From: Azolla caroliniana
Lineage: Eukaryota > Plantae > Polypodiophyta
DNA length: 64,000 nt
NCBI GenBank assembly: GCA_043228905.1
Contig: JBHGNT010000003.1
Span: forward strand, 21,080,001-21,144,000
Reading direction: 5' to 3'
Both the position numbers and the translations under genes were made by a program. This document shows, piece by piece, positions 37,493-56,738 of this stretch (position 1 is the first letter of the stretch; each line of letters starts with the position of its first letter). Below the pieces are notes generated by a model, which made no database searches, was not told the origin of the DNA, and was given only the letters and a program-made list of their open reading frames with translations.

Positions 37493-40297
37493 TCATAGTT
37501 GGACTATGACTGCAGTCTTGGTAAAGCAAGAAGTAACATCTAAGTCATTACCAAGTCTCATTCTCGACATTCTTTTCCATGTCCCCCCCGAAGAAGAGAA
37601 GTCACAAACAGTAACGAAGTCCAAAACTTGGCCAAAAATCTTGAACATTTCAACTCCATAGATCTTGTTACCCTCAGCTACAGACACTGCATTCCAATCC
37701 AAAGGAGCATCAGGATGTTTTTGCATTAAAATCCAACTTTGCAAAGTTGAATTATATTCCCAAAGCATTCGTGTGGCTGCTTCCACATCATTTCTTTGAG
37801 AGATATTATTGCATCTTTGTTGTTCACGTGACCCCCATGCAACTGCGAGCAATATGAGCTTTCCCTTACAACACACAAGCTTAGGAACATACTCATGTAA
37901 GCGTGTGATAGTGTTAGATATTTGTATGCTACTCCATGAATTGTGCTTAAAATCATAGGCAGCTAGCTTATCAGTCTCGGAATAAGCATAGAAAACTCCA
38001 TTGCATACAACCCCTGCACAAGTAACACCATGATCTACGGGTAATTTAGCGATTTCCCTCCATGTATCCGATATTGAGTCATATATCTCTGCAGAGAATA
38101 ACGGTTGTTTCCAAATCCCTTGGCCTCCAACCACAATCAATCCATAGCTCTTTATCTGTAACATCTCGGATGTATCTTGTCCATGGGATTTTCCACCTCT
38201 TGTTTCGATGTTTAAAGTCCCTGAATTGTTTTCATCATTACACCATTTGACTCCACAACTATGGGAAAGATTGTTCAAGCACTTAGAATGACATTCTAAT
38301 CCTTCGACTGTATCTTCCCATTGAAGGCTTTCTAGCTTTAGACTTGAGCTTACAATCTCTCCATCTCTGACCTCAAAAACTGAAGCTATTGGCATAGCCC
38401 TAGCTATCCCCATAGAACAGCATTTTTTCCATGAGGACGTGAAGGGACTATAAGCTAGAACCCCTCTATGGGTCTTTATGCTATTTTTTTCATGTTTATC
38501 ATCACCATCGGGCAAGCTAGAGCAACCACCAAGGATGTAAACTGAGTTGTCAAGAGAAACGACTGAGAACAAAAAACGCCCCTTGAGCATATTTGCTTGG
38601 GTCGAATGCCATTCATTGACGGAAGTATCTAGGGCATGGATTTCTCCATTAGAGACACCCCCCCTCGAGAAACCGAAAAGGAAAAGCCACGGTTTGTTCG
38701 ATCGGAGCTTTTCTCTAGTAGCCTGCAAGTGAGAGGACATAGTGAGATCTCTCCACTTTCGGCAAACCATACGAGCTCTTGCTAGAGTGCTGAATGATGC
38801 CCTTGCAAGACACATCTCAATCACATCATCAGGCAATCCTTGCATTTGCGAGTATATGTGAGATCTTTCTTCTTCACTATGAGATTTCTCCATTTCTCCA
38901 TTTCTTATTTGATCCACAATGCCATTCCAGAAACAACCACATTGTTTTCTTCCCTTGAACCCCACCAAATTTTCTATGTTTCCTCTATTCCTATCAAAGT
39001 CAATAACCTCTTCTTTACCATCTTTTGGCAAACATTTTCTTTGTTCATCACTCCATGAAAGCTCAACCATTCTTCTTCTGATGTTGTGTGATGAGATAAT
39101 GATATCATTCACAAAGACACCGCATTTCTGGCATCTACGTGGTAAACAATCACATTTCTGGTATGTAGATGGTATTTCATAAGCTAAGCAACCACATTTC
39201 TGGCATTCAAATATTCCTTCGTTAACGATGAAACCAGATTTCTGGTATCCTGATGCTATTTCCTTCAAATAATAACTACATTTCTGACATCTAGATGGCA
39301 CTTTACTCACAAAGATGTGACATTCCTGGCATCCAGATGTTGCCTCATTCACAAAGAAACCGCAAGTGTGGCATCTGGATGGTGTTATTTCGTTAAGAAA
39401 ACCATTGCCATTGTAGCATCCAGATGGTGGTACTTTATTCACAAAACCACCACAATGGTGGTATCCAGAGGGTGGTATTTCATTCACAATGCAACGGCAA
39501 TTGTGGCATAGAAATGATGATATTTCATTCGGAAAACTACCACAGGCGTGGCATCCCGATGGAGGGATTTCATGTACAAAATCACTACAATTGTCGCATC
39601 CAGATGATTCTTCCTTCACAGGTGCTACTTCATTCACAAGGCAACCACAATTGTGGCGTCTAATGGCTACTTCATTCACAAGGACGCCGTCTTTCCTGCA
39701 TCTTGATGATGTTTTATTCACGAAACAATCACGATTGTGGCATCTCGGTGCATCTTCACTTATACAGATGCCACAATTCTGGCATTTATGAGGTACTTCA
39801 TTCATAAAGAAACCACATTTCTTGCATCTAAATGATACTTCATCTTGTGAAATCTTCATTCCTTCTGCGTGATGAGAGATATCATGCATTCTAACAAGCT
39901 CTCTTCTATTCACTTCTGTGCATATGGGGGCATTATCCATTTCTTTATCTTTTTTAATAGAAATAGAAAAATCATCTCTTCTCTCGTTTCTCCTTGCAGA
40001 AGTTTGTCGCTGTAGAATATTTCCAAAGCACCCTGAGCTATGGAAAGCATGGACATATTCATCATCAGAAGTGGTATGCACATAGAATCCATGGAGAGCT
40101 TCATCGGCCTGCAAAGGAGAAGAGCTTCCTTCACCCGTGCAGACATGAGGCTTATGGCATCGGCTCCTCAGTTTGGAAGAAAACGATCGAATAAGCTTGG
40201 AAGGAAGGTGGGAAAGAGAAGAATTAGAGGAAGGAGGAAGGAGGGGCTTCTCACTATTCTGCTGCAGAGACAAGGGATGAGAATTGGGGGGAGCCAT
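37493..40297 (-). CDS. Intronless F-box/kelch-repeat protein (At5g42350/At5g42360 CFK-like), 934 aa, with an inserted Cys-rich CxxC repeat array
   Basis: N-terminal SKLIRSFSSKLR (compare SKRLVKSVSQKLK), F-box LPDDVIEMCLAR...ARMVCRKW, kelch repeats (LKGRFLFSV, GVVCNGVFYAYSETDKLAAYD) and C-terminal EMFKIFGQVLDFVTVCD. The ORF-track start at 40420 is TTG; the first in-frame ATG is at 40297. Confidence 0.88.
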   Translation of the reverse strand: MAPPNSHPLSLQQNSEKPLLPPSSNSSLSHLPSKLIRSFSSKLRSRCHKPHVCTGEGSSSPLQADEALHGFYVHTTSDDEYVHAFHSSGCFGNILQRQTSARRNERRDDFSISIKKDKEMDNAPICTEVNRRELVRMHDISHHAEGMKISQDEVSFRCKKCGFFMNEVPHKCQNCGICISEDAPRCHNRDCFVNKTSSRCRKDGVLVNEVAIRRHNCGCLVNEVAPVKEESSGCDNCSDFVHEIPPSGCHACGSFPNEISSFLCHNCRCIVNEIPPSGYHHCGGFVNKVPPSGCYNGNGFLNEITPSRCHTCGFFVNEATSGCQECHIFVSKVPSRCQKCSYYLKEIASGYQKSGFIVNEGIFECQKCGCLAYEIPSTYQKCDCLPRRCQKCGVFVNDIIISSHNIRRRMVELSWSDEQRKCLPKDGKEEVIDFDRNRGNIENLVGFKGRKQCGCFWNGIVDQIRNGEMEKSHSEEERSHIYSQMQGLPDDVIEMCLARASFSTLARARMVCRKWRDLTMSSHLQATREKLRSNKPWLFLFGFSRGGVSNGEIHALDTSVNEWHSTQANMLKGRFLFSVVSLDNSVYILGGCSSLPDGDDKHEKNSIKTHRGVLAYSPFTSSWKKCCSMGIARAMPIASVFEVRDGEIVSSSLKLESLQWEDTVEGLECHSKCLNNLSHSCGVKWCNDENNSGTLNIETRGGKSHGQDTSEMLQIKSYGLIVVGGQGIWKQPLFSAEIYDSISDTWREIAKLPVDHGVTCAGVVCNGVFYAYSETDKLAAYDFKHNSWSSIQISNTITRLHEYVPKLVCCKGKLILLAVAWGSREQQRCNNISQRNDVEAATRMLWEYNSTLQSWILMQKHPDAPLDWNAVSVAEGNKIYGVEMFKIFGQVLDFVTVCDFSSSGGTWKRMSRMRLGNDLDVTSCFTKTAVIVQL
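39098..39830 (-). repeat. In-frame 42/45-bp coding repeat, ~17 units, consensus (R/G)C(H/Q)xCGxFVNE(I/V)(P)xS
   Basis: Visible in the translation from RCKKCGFFMNEVPH to RCQKCGVFVNDII, and in the DNA as recurring TTCATTCAC/GGCATC motifs. Confidence 0.9.
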
Positions 40298-40499
40298 TGC
40301 ACTCCTTCGTTCAGGAGGAAGACAACCTTCTTCGTCTCCTTCTTCTTCTTCTTCTTCTCCTCCTTCTGGTTCTGGTGCTGCTGTTGTTCCTGTGCAGGGA
40401 ATGGGCCTGTGCGTGGGCAAGAAGATGAGGAAGAGAAAGAACAGAGGCAGCCATGGAAGCTTCGCATGAAAAGCAGAGACAGAGAGAGTAACTACTAAA

Positions 40500-40532
40500 C
40501 ATTATTATTATTATTATTAATTATTAATTAAT

Positions 40533-40566
<34 letters not shown>

Positions 40567-40620
40567 TATTTAATAATAATAATTATTATTATTAATTGTT
40601 ATTATGATTATTATTGTTAT
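40500..40620. repeat. (ATT)n/(AAT)n microsatellite
   Basis: Directly visible. Confidence 0.9.
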
Positions 40621-40724
40621 GAAGTTAACTAAAACTCAACCAACACCACCAACTAACTCCTTTCTACTATCATTCCCATCCATCCTATATATATATAGGC
40701 AGGCACTAACTTTGGATGTATGTA

Positions 40725-41248
40725 TGTATTGCTATGGATGGGGGTGTGCCTCTATGGATGGCTCGGCTCCTTCCACACGTCTCGGCTTGAGCTCTCTCTG
40801 TCTTTGCCCTGTATGTTTTCCATTTTGTGCCCATGTCTGGGTTTGACCTAGCTTACACTACTAATAACTATATATTGCTAAGGGGGGGGGTGTGCCTGCC
40901 TCCATCCATGGATGGCTCAGCTCCTTTCGGGTCTCGACCTGAGGTTTCTTCTATTTGTGCCTATATGTTTTCCATTTTGCGCCCATGTCTAAGTTCGTCT
41001 TAACTTACACTACTAATAACTATGCATTGCTATGGGGATGTGCCTCCATGGATGGCTCGGCTCCTTTCGGGTCTCGGCCCGAGGTCTCTCTGTCTGTGCC
41101 CGTATGTTTTCCATTTTGTGCACGTGTCTGTGTTCGTCCTAACTTACACTACTAACTATGTATTGCTATGGGGGTGTCCCTCCATGGCTCGGCTCCTTTT
41201 GGGTCTCGGCCCAAGGCCACTTGTCTGGGTTTGTCCTAGCTTACACTA
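40725..41248. repeat. ~145-150-bp tandem minisatellite, three full units plus one deleted unit, upstream of the F-box/kelch gene
   Basis: ATTGCTA.GG..GTG.CC...ATGGATGGCTC.GCTCCTT...TTTTCCATTTTG...CTTACACTA starts near 40727, 40872, 41024 and 41161. Confidence 0.9.
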
Positions 41249-44200
41249 AATATTGGACAAACCTTTATAACAGTGCACCAAATTCCTATACTTGTTAGGG
41301 TTTCGAAACCTATAAATTCTCGCATCCACATTTATTTTGTTAAGTTCATTAGAGAGAATTGTAATATTTTTTTATCATATTCATATCATAAGAAAATGTA
41401 TTAAGTTAGAATTTTCGAGCCATATAACGTCTCGTTCATTATGTGTAAAGGCAATGCTTTCACATTATGCTTTTCGAATATAGTGTATTGTTTCTTTTTG
41501 TGAATCATGTCATCAAAACGAGGATCTATTCATTGAAGCCAATGTGGTCATTACATTTGCATTTAGATATTTTCAAAAGGTAAAAAGAGACACACGTACC
41601 TATGGAATATGTTAGTGGTTTCGCCCATTACAAAGCAAAGTTTGGAACAACATCTATGATAGTGGACCACAAGCCAAATGAATATCCACCAAATATTTCT
41701 TGGATGAATAAAGACTATATTAACCAACCGTAGAATGTTTATATAGGTTTTAATGGGATTTGGTGAATTAGAAAATTTGATATAAGTTTGAGTTGAAACA
41801 ATCTTATCTCATCTATAAAATTTCCAAGAAACGGACAATTTATTGCATTATGTAAAATTATGTTCTCTATGTTAGGTAGCAAGTAGAATTAGAAATTACA
41901 TGTTAAATCATGATGTTAAAGAGACATCTTTCCAAACCATATAAGAAGAGATTCTCAACGTCTTTGATGAATTGTTGCTAACAAATTTACAAAGCCGCTC
42001 GAGTTAAAATTGACCTTACTTTAAAAAAGAAAAAGACAAAGAAAGATACACCTTAGTATATTACTTGAGAAATGTACATATAGAAAATAGAAGGAGACAT
42101 TTAATCTCACCTCTCTTGTGATACAAAGGCTAATACCAACATCTGATCAAACTCATGATATCATGTAAGAAACAAGTGGAGCACAAACTACAAGCTATGC
42201 AACAAAAAAGAATGTATGGCATAATTCCACCTCAGACTAGAAGTTGTCTCTGAAATAAGTGAAGCCCTTGCCATCGTTTCTTAAAATTGACCTTACTTTT
42301 GTAGTTGTGGTCATAAGTTTAGTTCGAGATTATTGAGTTTGAATTCTAGTATAGCGATCATTTCAACCAAAAACATGACCTTGCAACACTGACATTCAAG
42401 TCACGGTTGTGAATTCAAAGCTTGAGCTTGCACTTGATGCGTGCTCATCATAAAAACTCTTCGTAGTTAGTTAGAGATCATGGAAACTAACCTTTTACTC
42501 CAAAGGGATGGATTTTCAACTTTGACATTGAAATGTTTTCACAACAAGCGTGAAAAAATAAAATAATAAAGCTCTTCGAAAATGAGGTGTAATAATGCAA
42601 ATATATTTCATGTTTTCATGTTATAAATATTCACAACTATTAGAAACTCACAACCATTGCCATTAGACTTGAATACTCATACATAATTTCTACATCCTCA
42701 TGAGTAGGAAATATTCCAAGTATATAAGAAATCATGTATCTACAAAATATGATCACACGTCCATATCAATGTGTAACAACTTCGGAAAAAATGGCATGTA
42801 CATATACACACCCCTTAAAATGGAATTCCAATTTTCGTATGTGCACTCACCAAGGCCAAATTGAATCTCAAATAAGCGATATAATTATCCGAAGAAATTT
42901 CAAACGGACATTGGAAGTGTCAATGCACCTCATTGATTTAGCTTCTAGAATCGCATACCTTTACATGTTTGTTGGATTTCAAACACAAGCTTGAAGCATC
43001 CATGGTGCCAATAATAACTCATGCGTAGTCCATTTGGTGTTATCTCTTGTAAAGTGTGCAAAAGTCTAAAATTACTCTAGGAGATAGGTTCATGACATGA
43101 TCTAGTGTATCATTAAGTTTGTCTTCTGACCAAATATTTTTGCCTTCTTTTACTTTTCAATTTAGCTTCACCGTCACTTAGCCTCCTCTCATTGTCATTC
43201 GTATTACAGGTTGTGCCCCAGTGGTAAGGTAATATTTTACTATTGGATAGAGACAAGAAGTTCAAGTGTGCCCTCGCACACACAAAATGTAGGATTTGGT
43301 TACGTTGAATATTCATGCCTAGCAATCATGTTCTAATGACTTAACAAGAATCTAATCTAGTTTCCTAAAGAAGCATTATTTTCCTTAATGAAATGCAATC
43401 TTAAAGCCAACAAGTATTGTATTTCATTCTAATGACCAAAGTATTTATATGTTACATTAATGAAATTGTTGAAGAATAAAAGCTTACAAGTGTAACTAAA
43501 ATGTATGTATATTTGAAGCTCCAAGTATGTTCCGCATTTCTCTATATTTAATCCCATAATTTCTTTCATAGGGGATACATATTACCTTCTCCATATGTGA
43601 AGTCTCATGATAAGATGTTGTACACAAATGACATGTTCTTGCAAAGTAGGCTAGACCTTTCCCTTTTTTCTCAATGATGTACCAATAGTGTAAAACTTCT
43701 TACCATTTGATATTCAAAAAGATATAGTGCATGAAACAAGGAAACTTCATGTCATGTGACAATGTATTACTCCGAAAACTTTACAATTGTTGTATTATAT
43801 TACATGTGGCGAATGTAGTCGTACATTTTTAGAATCAATTGTCCTTTTTCGTTACATGTCGCAACTTATTGAGTCCATCATGTGGAGGTATTTCTTTTAG
43901 TAGACAACCATCCGACCTTATGTTGATGTCATTATATATGGCAATGCTGAAAAGTCAAAGTTTTCTAGAGTGAATTGCTAGTACACATGATCTCAAACTA
44001 AAAGCACGAAGGGTTTTACGTTGAATATCCCATTGTTGGAGACTTGAACCAACAAATTTAGTATGAACTTAAACTAGTATTATGAGGACTTGTTGGAGTC
44101 TCGAATAACCCCTAACATGAACGTTGGAACCTCACACAATTATGCTTATGTATTTAAATATTAGAATTCATTAAAGCAACATTGGAAGAATAAACTATGA

Positions 44201-46002
44201 TACATAAATTTGATGCTTCCACATTGTGATTGAGCACGTAATGTCTTGTTCGAAAATGGGATTTACTTTACTCTCAATGCATTTTTGTAAACTCATTACT
44301 GATATGTAAACCCATTCTATAGAGATCAAATATGAACTCAAGTACACCCATAGAATTGAGGGTGGGTTCCATTCAAGTTATGTCATCAACAGATAAGGAT
44401 TCATTTGGACTAAAACACATGCTATTCAAACCACCTAAAACACATATCCCCAATTAGGATGCTACAAATGTGGCCTCAATTGGATGTGCCCCTAATCAAG
44501 GTATATCAAGAAGACCAAGAATCCAAAATTTGTAAAACTAAGCTTGGAGATTAGCAAATTGAGAGGGTCATTTCTTGAAAAAAAAATCATCTTTAGGTTT
44601 GATCAACTAGTTAATTAGTAATCAAAGTTCTTGGCGAGGAACTAAAAAACAATAATGTTATAGATTGTGTTGTTTGAACAATGATCGAATCAGAATTGTT
44701 GACATTTCAAAATTCTCAAATGGAGTATTTATGATCTCATTTTCATTCTTAATGTTTGTAATTTTGTGCATCTTTAATCAAAGTATCACACACACCAGTT
44801 CAACTTTAAAGATGAAAAATCAAATGACGAAACAAATGCCATTGCAAAAAGCTTAATTGCACTTCAAGCATTTGAATGTTCAATTCACATAACGCTTTGC
44901 AATTCTCATTCATATATCTTTATTGTTTGAACTATCAATGGTCAAATGTGCTGACCAAAGTAAATTTTGATTGACCTCAATTTATCCAAGGGCAAAGGAA
45001 TCCAATTGAAACCTTAATGAATGATACTCATTTGTTGAATTGTTCATTCAGAACTATATATACAATCTAGAGTCTAGAGTAATAGTAGGCTTGATTATGC
45101 AAGTTTCCCTAATTTATATTCAAAGGATTTATTACCAAGGTTGTGAAACTCCAAACCAACTTTTAGACATTACACAACCATATTTATCAGCCTATCTAAA
45201 AAATTATGTGTGAAGATTTTATTTTCTATATTTTAGAAGGATATCATGATTAAGTTTGTGATCATTCCAACGGTAATCTAAAATTTCATTTAGATGAACA
45301 CACCAAGAGTGTCCACAATGTACAAACACAAACACATTACGTATGCTATAAAAGTAAGCATGAGAAGATTCATATTTTGTACTAATAGAAGCTTATTATA
45401 TTGACTTTATAATTTTAAAAGTTTTGATCTATCTCTCTCTTATAAACTTCTTTCACAATCACACAAAACATGCCAATGTAATAGTTATTTTGTGAGTTTT
45501 GCTTCTTTGTTTGAGATCATTGATGTATTTTGGTATCATATGATTCCAACTTTCCAAGTACACGCGAAAGTCACATAAAATTACAATGGTCTAGAACTAT
45601 TATGATTAGGGTTTAGGGTTTATTACCAATATCTTTGGACAAATTCAATTTGTTGATGCTACAACCTAATAGTCTTTGAAACATTAATCAAACTAGTTGA
45701 CAAAAAATTTGGGCAAATTCAATTCACCAACCTACTAGGCTCAATTATATTATCCAAACCTATTCAGAAACATTCTAACATTTAAGATGGATTCACATCA
45801 TGCAAGTCTCTCATAACACTCGTGCACATTGCAAATAAAGAAGTATCACTTTACCTAATTGTTCTTAAACTAACCCAAGTCATGGAGAAGTGGACTATTA
45901 CAATCAACACAATGTACGCACGAATTGGAACCTACTTTAGTACGGAGCAAGAGAATTTTCTTGGAATTGTAATTGATGTCCTACAACATAATTCTCCCTT
46001 CA

Positions 46003-46200
46003 CACTAAAGGGAACACCTAGAAGGTTGAGCTCATATGTGTATGCATTATTCACACATCGACATGGTGCTTCAAAGTATGAATATCCCTTCTTAGGAAGG
46101 AGACACACATTAAGATAACTTTTGTAGTTAGGTACTATGGGTCTCACTATTGGCCTATCTATGGACACTAAAAATGTCTATCTATCTATCTATCTATACA
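46003..46200 (+). mobile_element. Heavily 5'-truncated LINE 3' end with a (CTAT)n tail
   Basis: About 100 bp nearly identical to 62811-62925 (AGAAGGTTGAGCT...CATATGTGTATGC.TTATTCACACAT...CCCTTCTTAGGAAGGAGACACA), followed by a microsatellite tail. Confidence 0.7.
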
Positions 46201-47464
46201 TCCCTTTAGATTGACAACTTGACAAGGCATAAAAACGTTTTTTGCTATACAAACAATGATTGCTTTAACTTGTTATGGACATACACATCCTTTGATAATA
46301 TGTTCTCATAGGTGCACCAAGTTTCTAGCCATTGTATTGTTGCTTACATCCTCAAGGCCATCCAAATACCTAATATATTTAGACACAATGGATGCATTAA
46401 TGCACGAGTCAATAGCATATTGCACGATATGAATAGTTCAATGCCAAAGCAATACTAGCATATTAATAACGTTGCCTCCTTGAAACACTCTAGTACGTTT
46501 TATTATCACACACAAGGATGGATCATTCTATCATGAGGGCTTAAAGGATGGTTTTGGTGCCTATTCAAGTCATAAACTGAATAATCTTCATATAATAAGT
46601 GCAGTTTGATCTCCTATCATGTCATCCTGAATGTCTGAAAAGACAAGTCCCTAGACCTGTTTGATTCAAGTCTAACAATGCAAGCAATTTAATAAGAATA
46701 TAATCTGCTTCCAGAACCCAATTCGGCCAATTCATTAATCAGACAAATAAAGAAAAGTATTGGCCAATCCACTAATCTGAGAATACATTATGCATCCTAC
46801 GAATATCTTATGAGGAATATAAATTGTTCACATAAGCAATGAGAAAAAGTGTAATATAAAGGCAACATTTTTACATTATCATGAATAAAAAATAGCATTC
46901 TCATCATTATACAAAAACAAGCTTTTTAAGCAAAAGCATAATCACAAATTACAATAACAGCTGCATTTAAAAATATAGAGTGATAAAGACTTCAAACAGC
47001 ATGCCTCACTCAGATCAAGGTATTATATTCTGAAGGTGATGAAGCTATAAAGTATAGTTAGTAATTTCACCTCTGGTCTTTTTGGAAGGCATTGACATGC
47101 CATCACTGATGATTAATGTTGTTGCCTTCTCATTTATTACAATCTAAAAGCATTCAAAATATTACATATAAGCATAGCACATCCGACAGCCCTGCACCAC
47201 AAGCCGCATGCACAGTTTAACATATTTGCTTGTACTGTCAATTGCAATACACGCGGTAATACGCCCTATAACTCACATCTTCGCCGGCCATGTTGAGACA
47301 CCGATGAAACTGCGATATGAGCCTTGGGCAAATAGATGCATCTTTTACATTTGGAACGTCTTCAGATCGAACCAAAAGATTATACCAGATTTTTAGTACA
47401 ATAGCACCTTTGCAAAAAGACTGAATATCTAGAAACGCATGATAATCCCTCTCTATTTTCTTTC

Positions 47465-54498
<7,034 letters not shown>

Positions 54499-55410
54499 TC
54501 ATTGCAAGACATTCATTCTTAAGCTATAGTCCTTTCTTTGAACAAAACTGAATCTGGAACAAAAACATAAATTTTGTTTGCTTTTGTGCCAAATGATTGC
54601 TAGTGTATAATCCCTTGAAAGAAACTGCTAAGGATTGGAAACTCAAAAAGACTGCAAGTTCTTCTAGTAGAATAATGGATTGGCGAAATACGATGACCTA
54701 TTTCCTTATCCTGCTCACAGTGATAAATCTATAAGCTGTTTCTCTTTGAACAAAAGGCTACGTGGAGCAAAACTTTCACAACTTGAGTTTTGTTTTGCTA
54801 GCAAATACTATGTTAACCTGTTGAAAGGATTTTCTTCATGTAAAACCGATACAGATCGTTCTTCTGTGTATTCTTATATCTGCAGAGATCAGGTAAGATT
54901 TGTGGTTATCGATATCCCAATTTCAAGAATGAATCTGAATGGCGGGGAAATGGTGAAATATGGACGACTCACAGAAACGAGGTTACACGTGGGGGACAAG
55001 CCTAAGTTGTTTCTTCAAAGAAGAAGAAGGAGGAGGAGAAACGCATAAGAGAGAGAAGGTCCTTCAACGACCATGAAAAGAAGAAAACAAACTCATAGGA
55101 CTGCGAAATCAGCCAAGCGGAGAATGAAGAAAAGTAAGCAGAAATACATGTTGGTACAATGAGGATAAAAGAAGGAAGGAAGGAGGAATACATGTTGATG
55201 ATCATGATGGAGACGAAGAAGAAGAACATGATGAAGATGATGAATCATGATGGTGATGAAGAAGATGAACATGAATAAGAAGGAGAAGAAGACGATCACA
55301 TACCTGTTGTATCTCGATGATGAAGACGAAGACGATTGATGCAGAGCCGAGGGAGCTTTTCGTCTGTGGTTAGTGAGATGAGAGAGAGAGCTATGGATAT
55401 GGATCTCTTA

Positions 55411-55422
55411 TCAGGAAGCCAT
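55411..55422 (-). promoter_or_regulatory. Minimal uORF (Met-Ala-Ser-stop) in the putative 5' UTR exon of the ZTL-like gene
   Basis: gccATGGCTTCCTGA on the minus strand in strong context. A donor CAG|GTATGT lies at 55304/55303 and a candidate acceptor TTTTTGTTCCAG at 54554. Confidence 0.45.
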
Positions 55423-55642
55423 GGCGCAGAGAAAGGGGGGAAAAGAAGAGGAGAGAGAGAGAGAGAGAGAGAGATGGGTTTAGGGCAAAAGATCAAAAGA
55501 AAAGAAAGACAGACAGAAGAACGGGGAAGGGGAAGGGGGAGAATAGAGGGAGGCACTTTTTGCTTTTTGCTTTTTGCTTTTCTGCTTTTCTCCATGTCAC
55601 GCTTTTTCTTTTTGCTTGCACTTTTTCTGAGACGCACAAGAG

Positions 55643-55651
55643 AAAATATCT
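55643..55651 (+). promoter_or_regulatory. Evening element AAAATATCT upstream of the ZTL/FKF1-like gene
   Basis: Exact CCA1/LHY/RVE-binding evening-element consensus, about 170 bp upstream of the CT-rich putative 5' UTR. Confidence 0.5.
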
Positions 55652-55952
55652 CCAATCCAATCCCCAATTTAACAAAACATACAAACACAAATACATATAG
55701 AGAGAAGGAATAAATACAACAAAAAAAAATGCACATTGAGAGAGAGAGATAGAGAGAGAAGCACTTTTTTCGGACTTTTTGTCCCCCTCATTTGTCCGCC
55801 CGATTGACCATCTTCACCTGCTTGCCACGCTATCGTTGATAGAGAGCAGTTTCGTTCTCGTTCGGCAAGCTCCATGTGCCCAATCATTATGCTCGTTACG
55901 AACAGGTGATATATATATTTAAGGTCCACGGGAGATGAATTGCAATCTATGA

Positions 55953-55954
<2 letters not shown>

Positions 55955-56005
<51 letters not shown>

Positions 56006-56060
56006 ACATCTTCTAAGGCCAAAATTGGCCCATGAGACAATTGGTGTACAACAAAATTGG
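55955..56060 (-). mobile_element. 3' end fragment of a non-LTR element with a (CT)n tail (same family as 19080-19165)
   Basis: Shared ~55-bp sequence abutting a long (GA)n run. Confidence 0.6.
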
Positions 56061-56591
56061 GTATTTATCCAATCATCAAAAGTAAGAGAGAGAGAGAGAG
56101 AAAGATATATTAACGTCTTCTAAGAGAGAGAGAGAACAACATTGTTCGAGCGATGAACGGGTACGTCATCATACGTAAGGAGTAACTTAACTCGTTACAT
56201 GAAACAGTATTAGGTGGGCACTGGGGACAAAGCCCAAACCAAGACATGAATGACACATTCTCCTTGTTATCACCAACAACACATGATGATACAAATCCGT
56301 CATAATAGCACATGTGATGAATCATGATATGTTTTCTTGTAAAGAAGTTGGGTCCGAAAGGGAGCTAATAAAGAAGTTTAGAAACTATCAATGTGTCTTA
56401 AAACTATTCGAAGTTAAAATCCCGAGGATAAGACATTTGGATTAGATCTAAGCTTTAGCCTCATAGTACGCAATGGTTAAAAGTCAAAACCTTTTAATGT
56501 TATTCAAAGAGAGTTACTAAAATATCCCCTCATACATTGTGCGAACTTTCGGAATGTCAATTGATGGAGAAACAAAAATCATGTGTGTGTG

Positions 56592-56738
56592 AGCCGATAT
56601 GGATGTAGCTTAGTTGTTAAGGTTGCCCAATGGAGACCAGGAGATCTTGGGTTGAACCCCTATATTCCAGAGTGGCATCTAGTAAACGAAGAGGATATGT
56701 ATGAAGTAATAGAGAGGTGAGAAATTTGGGGTTTGAAA
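56592..56738 (+). mobile_element. Second copy of the tRNA-derived SINE, truncated within the second unit
   Basis: GGATGTAGCTTAGTTGTTAAGGTTGCCCAATGGAGACCAGG...GGGTTGAACCCCTATATTCCAGAGTGGCAT...TAATAGAGAGGTGAG aligns with the reverse complement of 35410-35560. Confidence 0.75.

Noticed and set aside
41300-45800. Possible decayed DNA transposon (MULE/SWIM or Helitron-like) in the intergenic region
   Set aside because: Only vague Cys-containing fragments are visible. I could not support any TIR, TSD or diagnostic motif.
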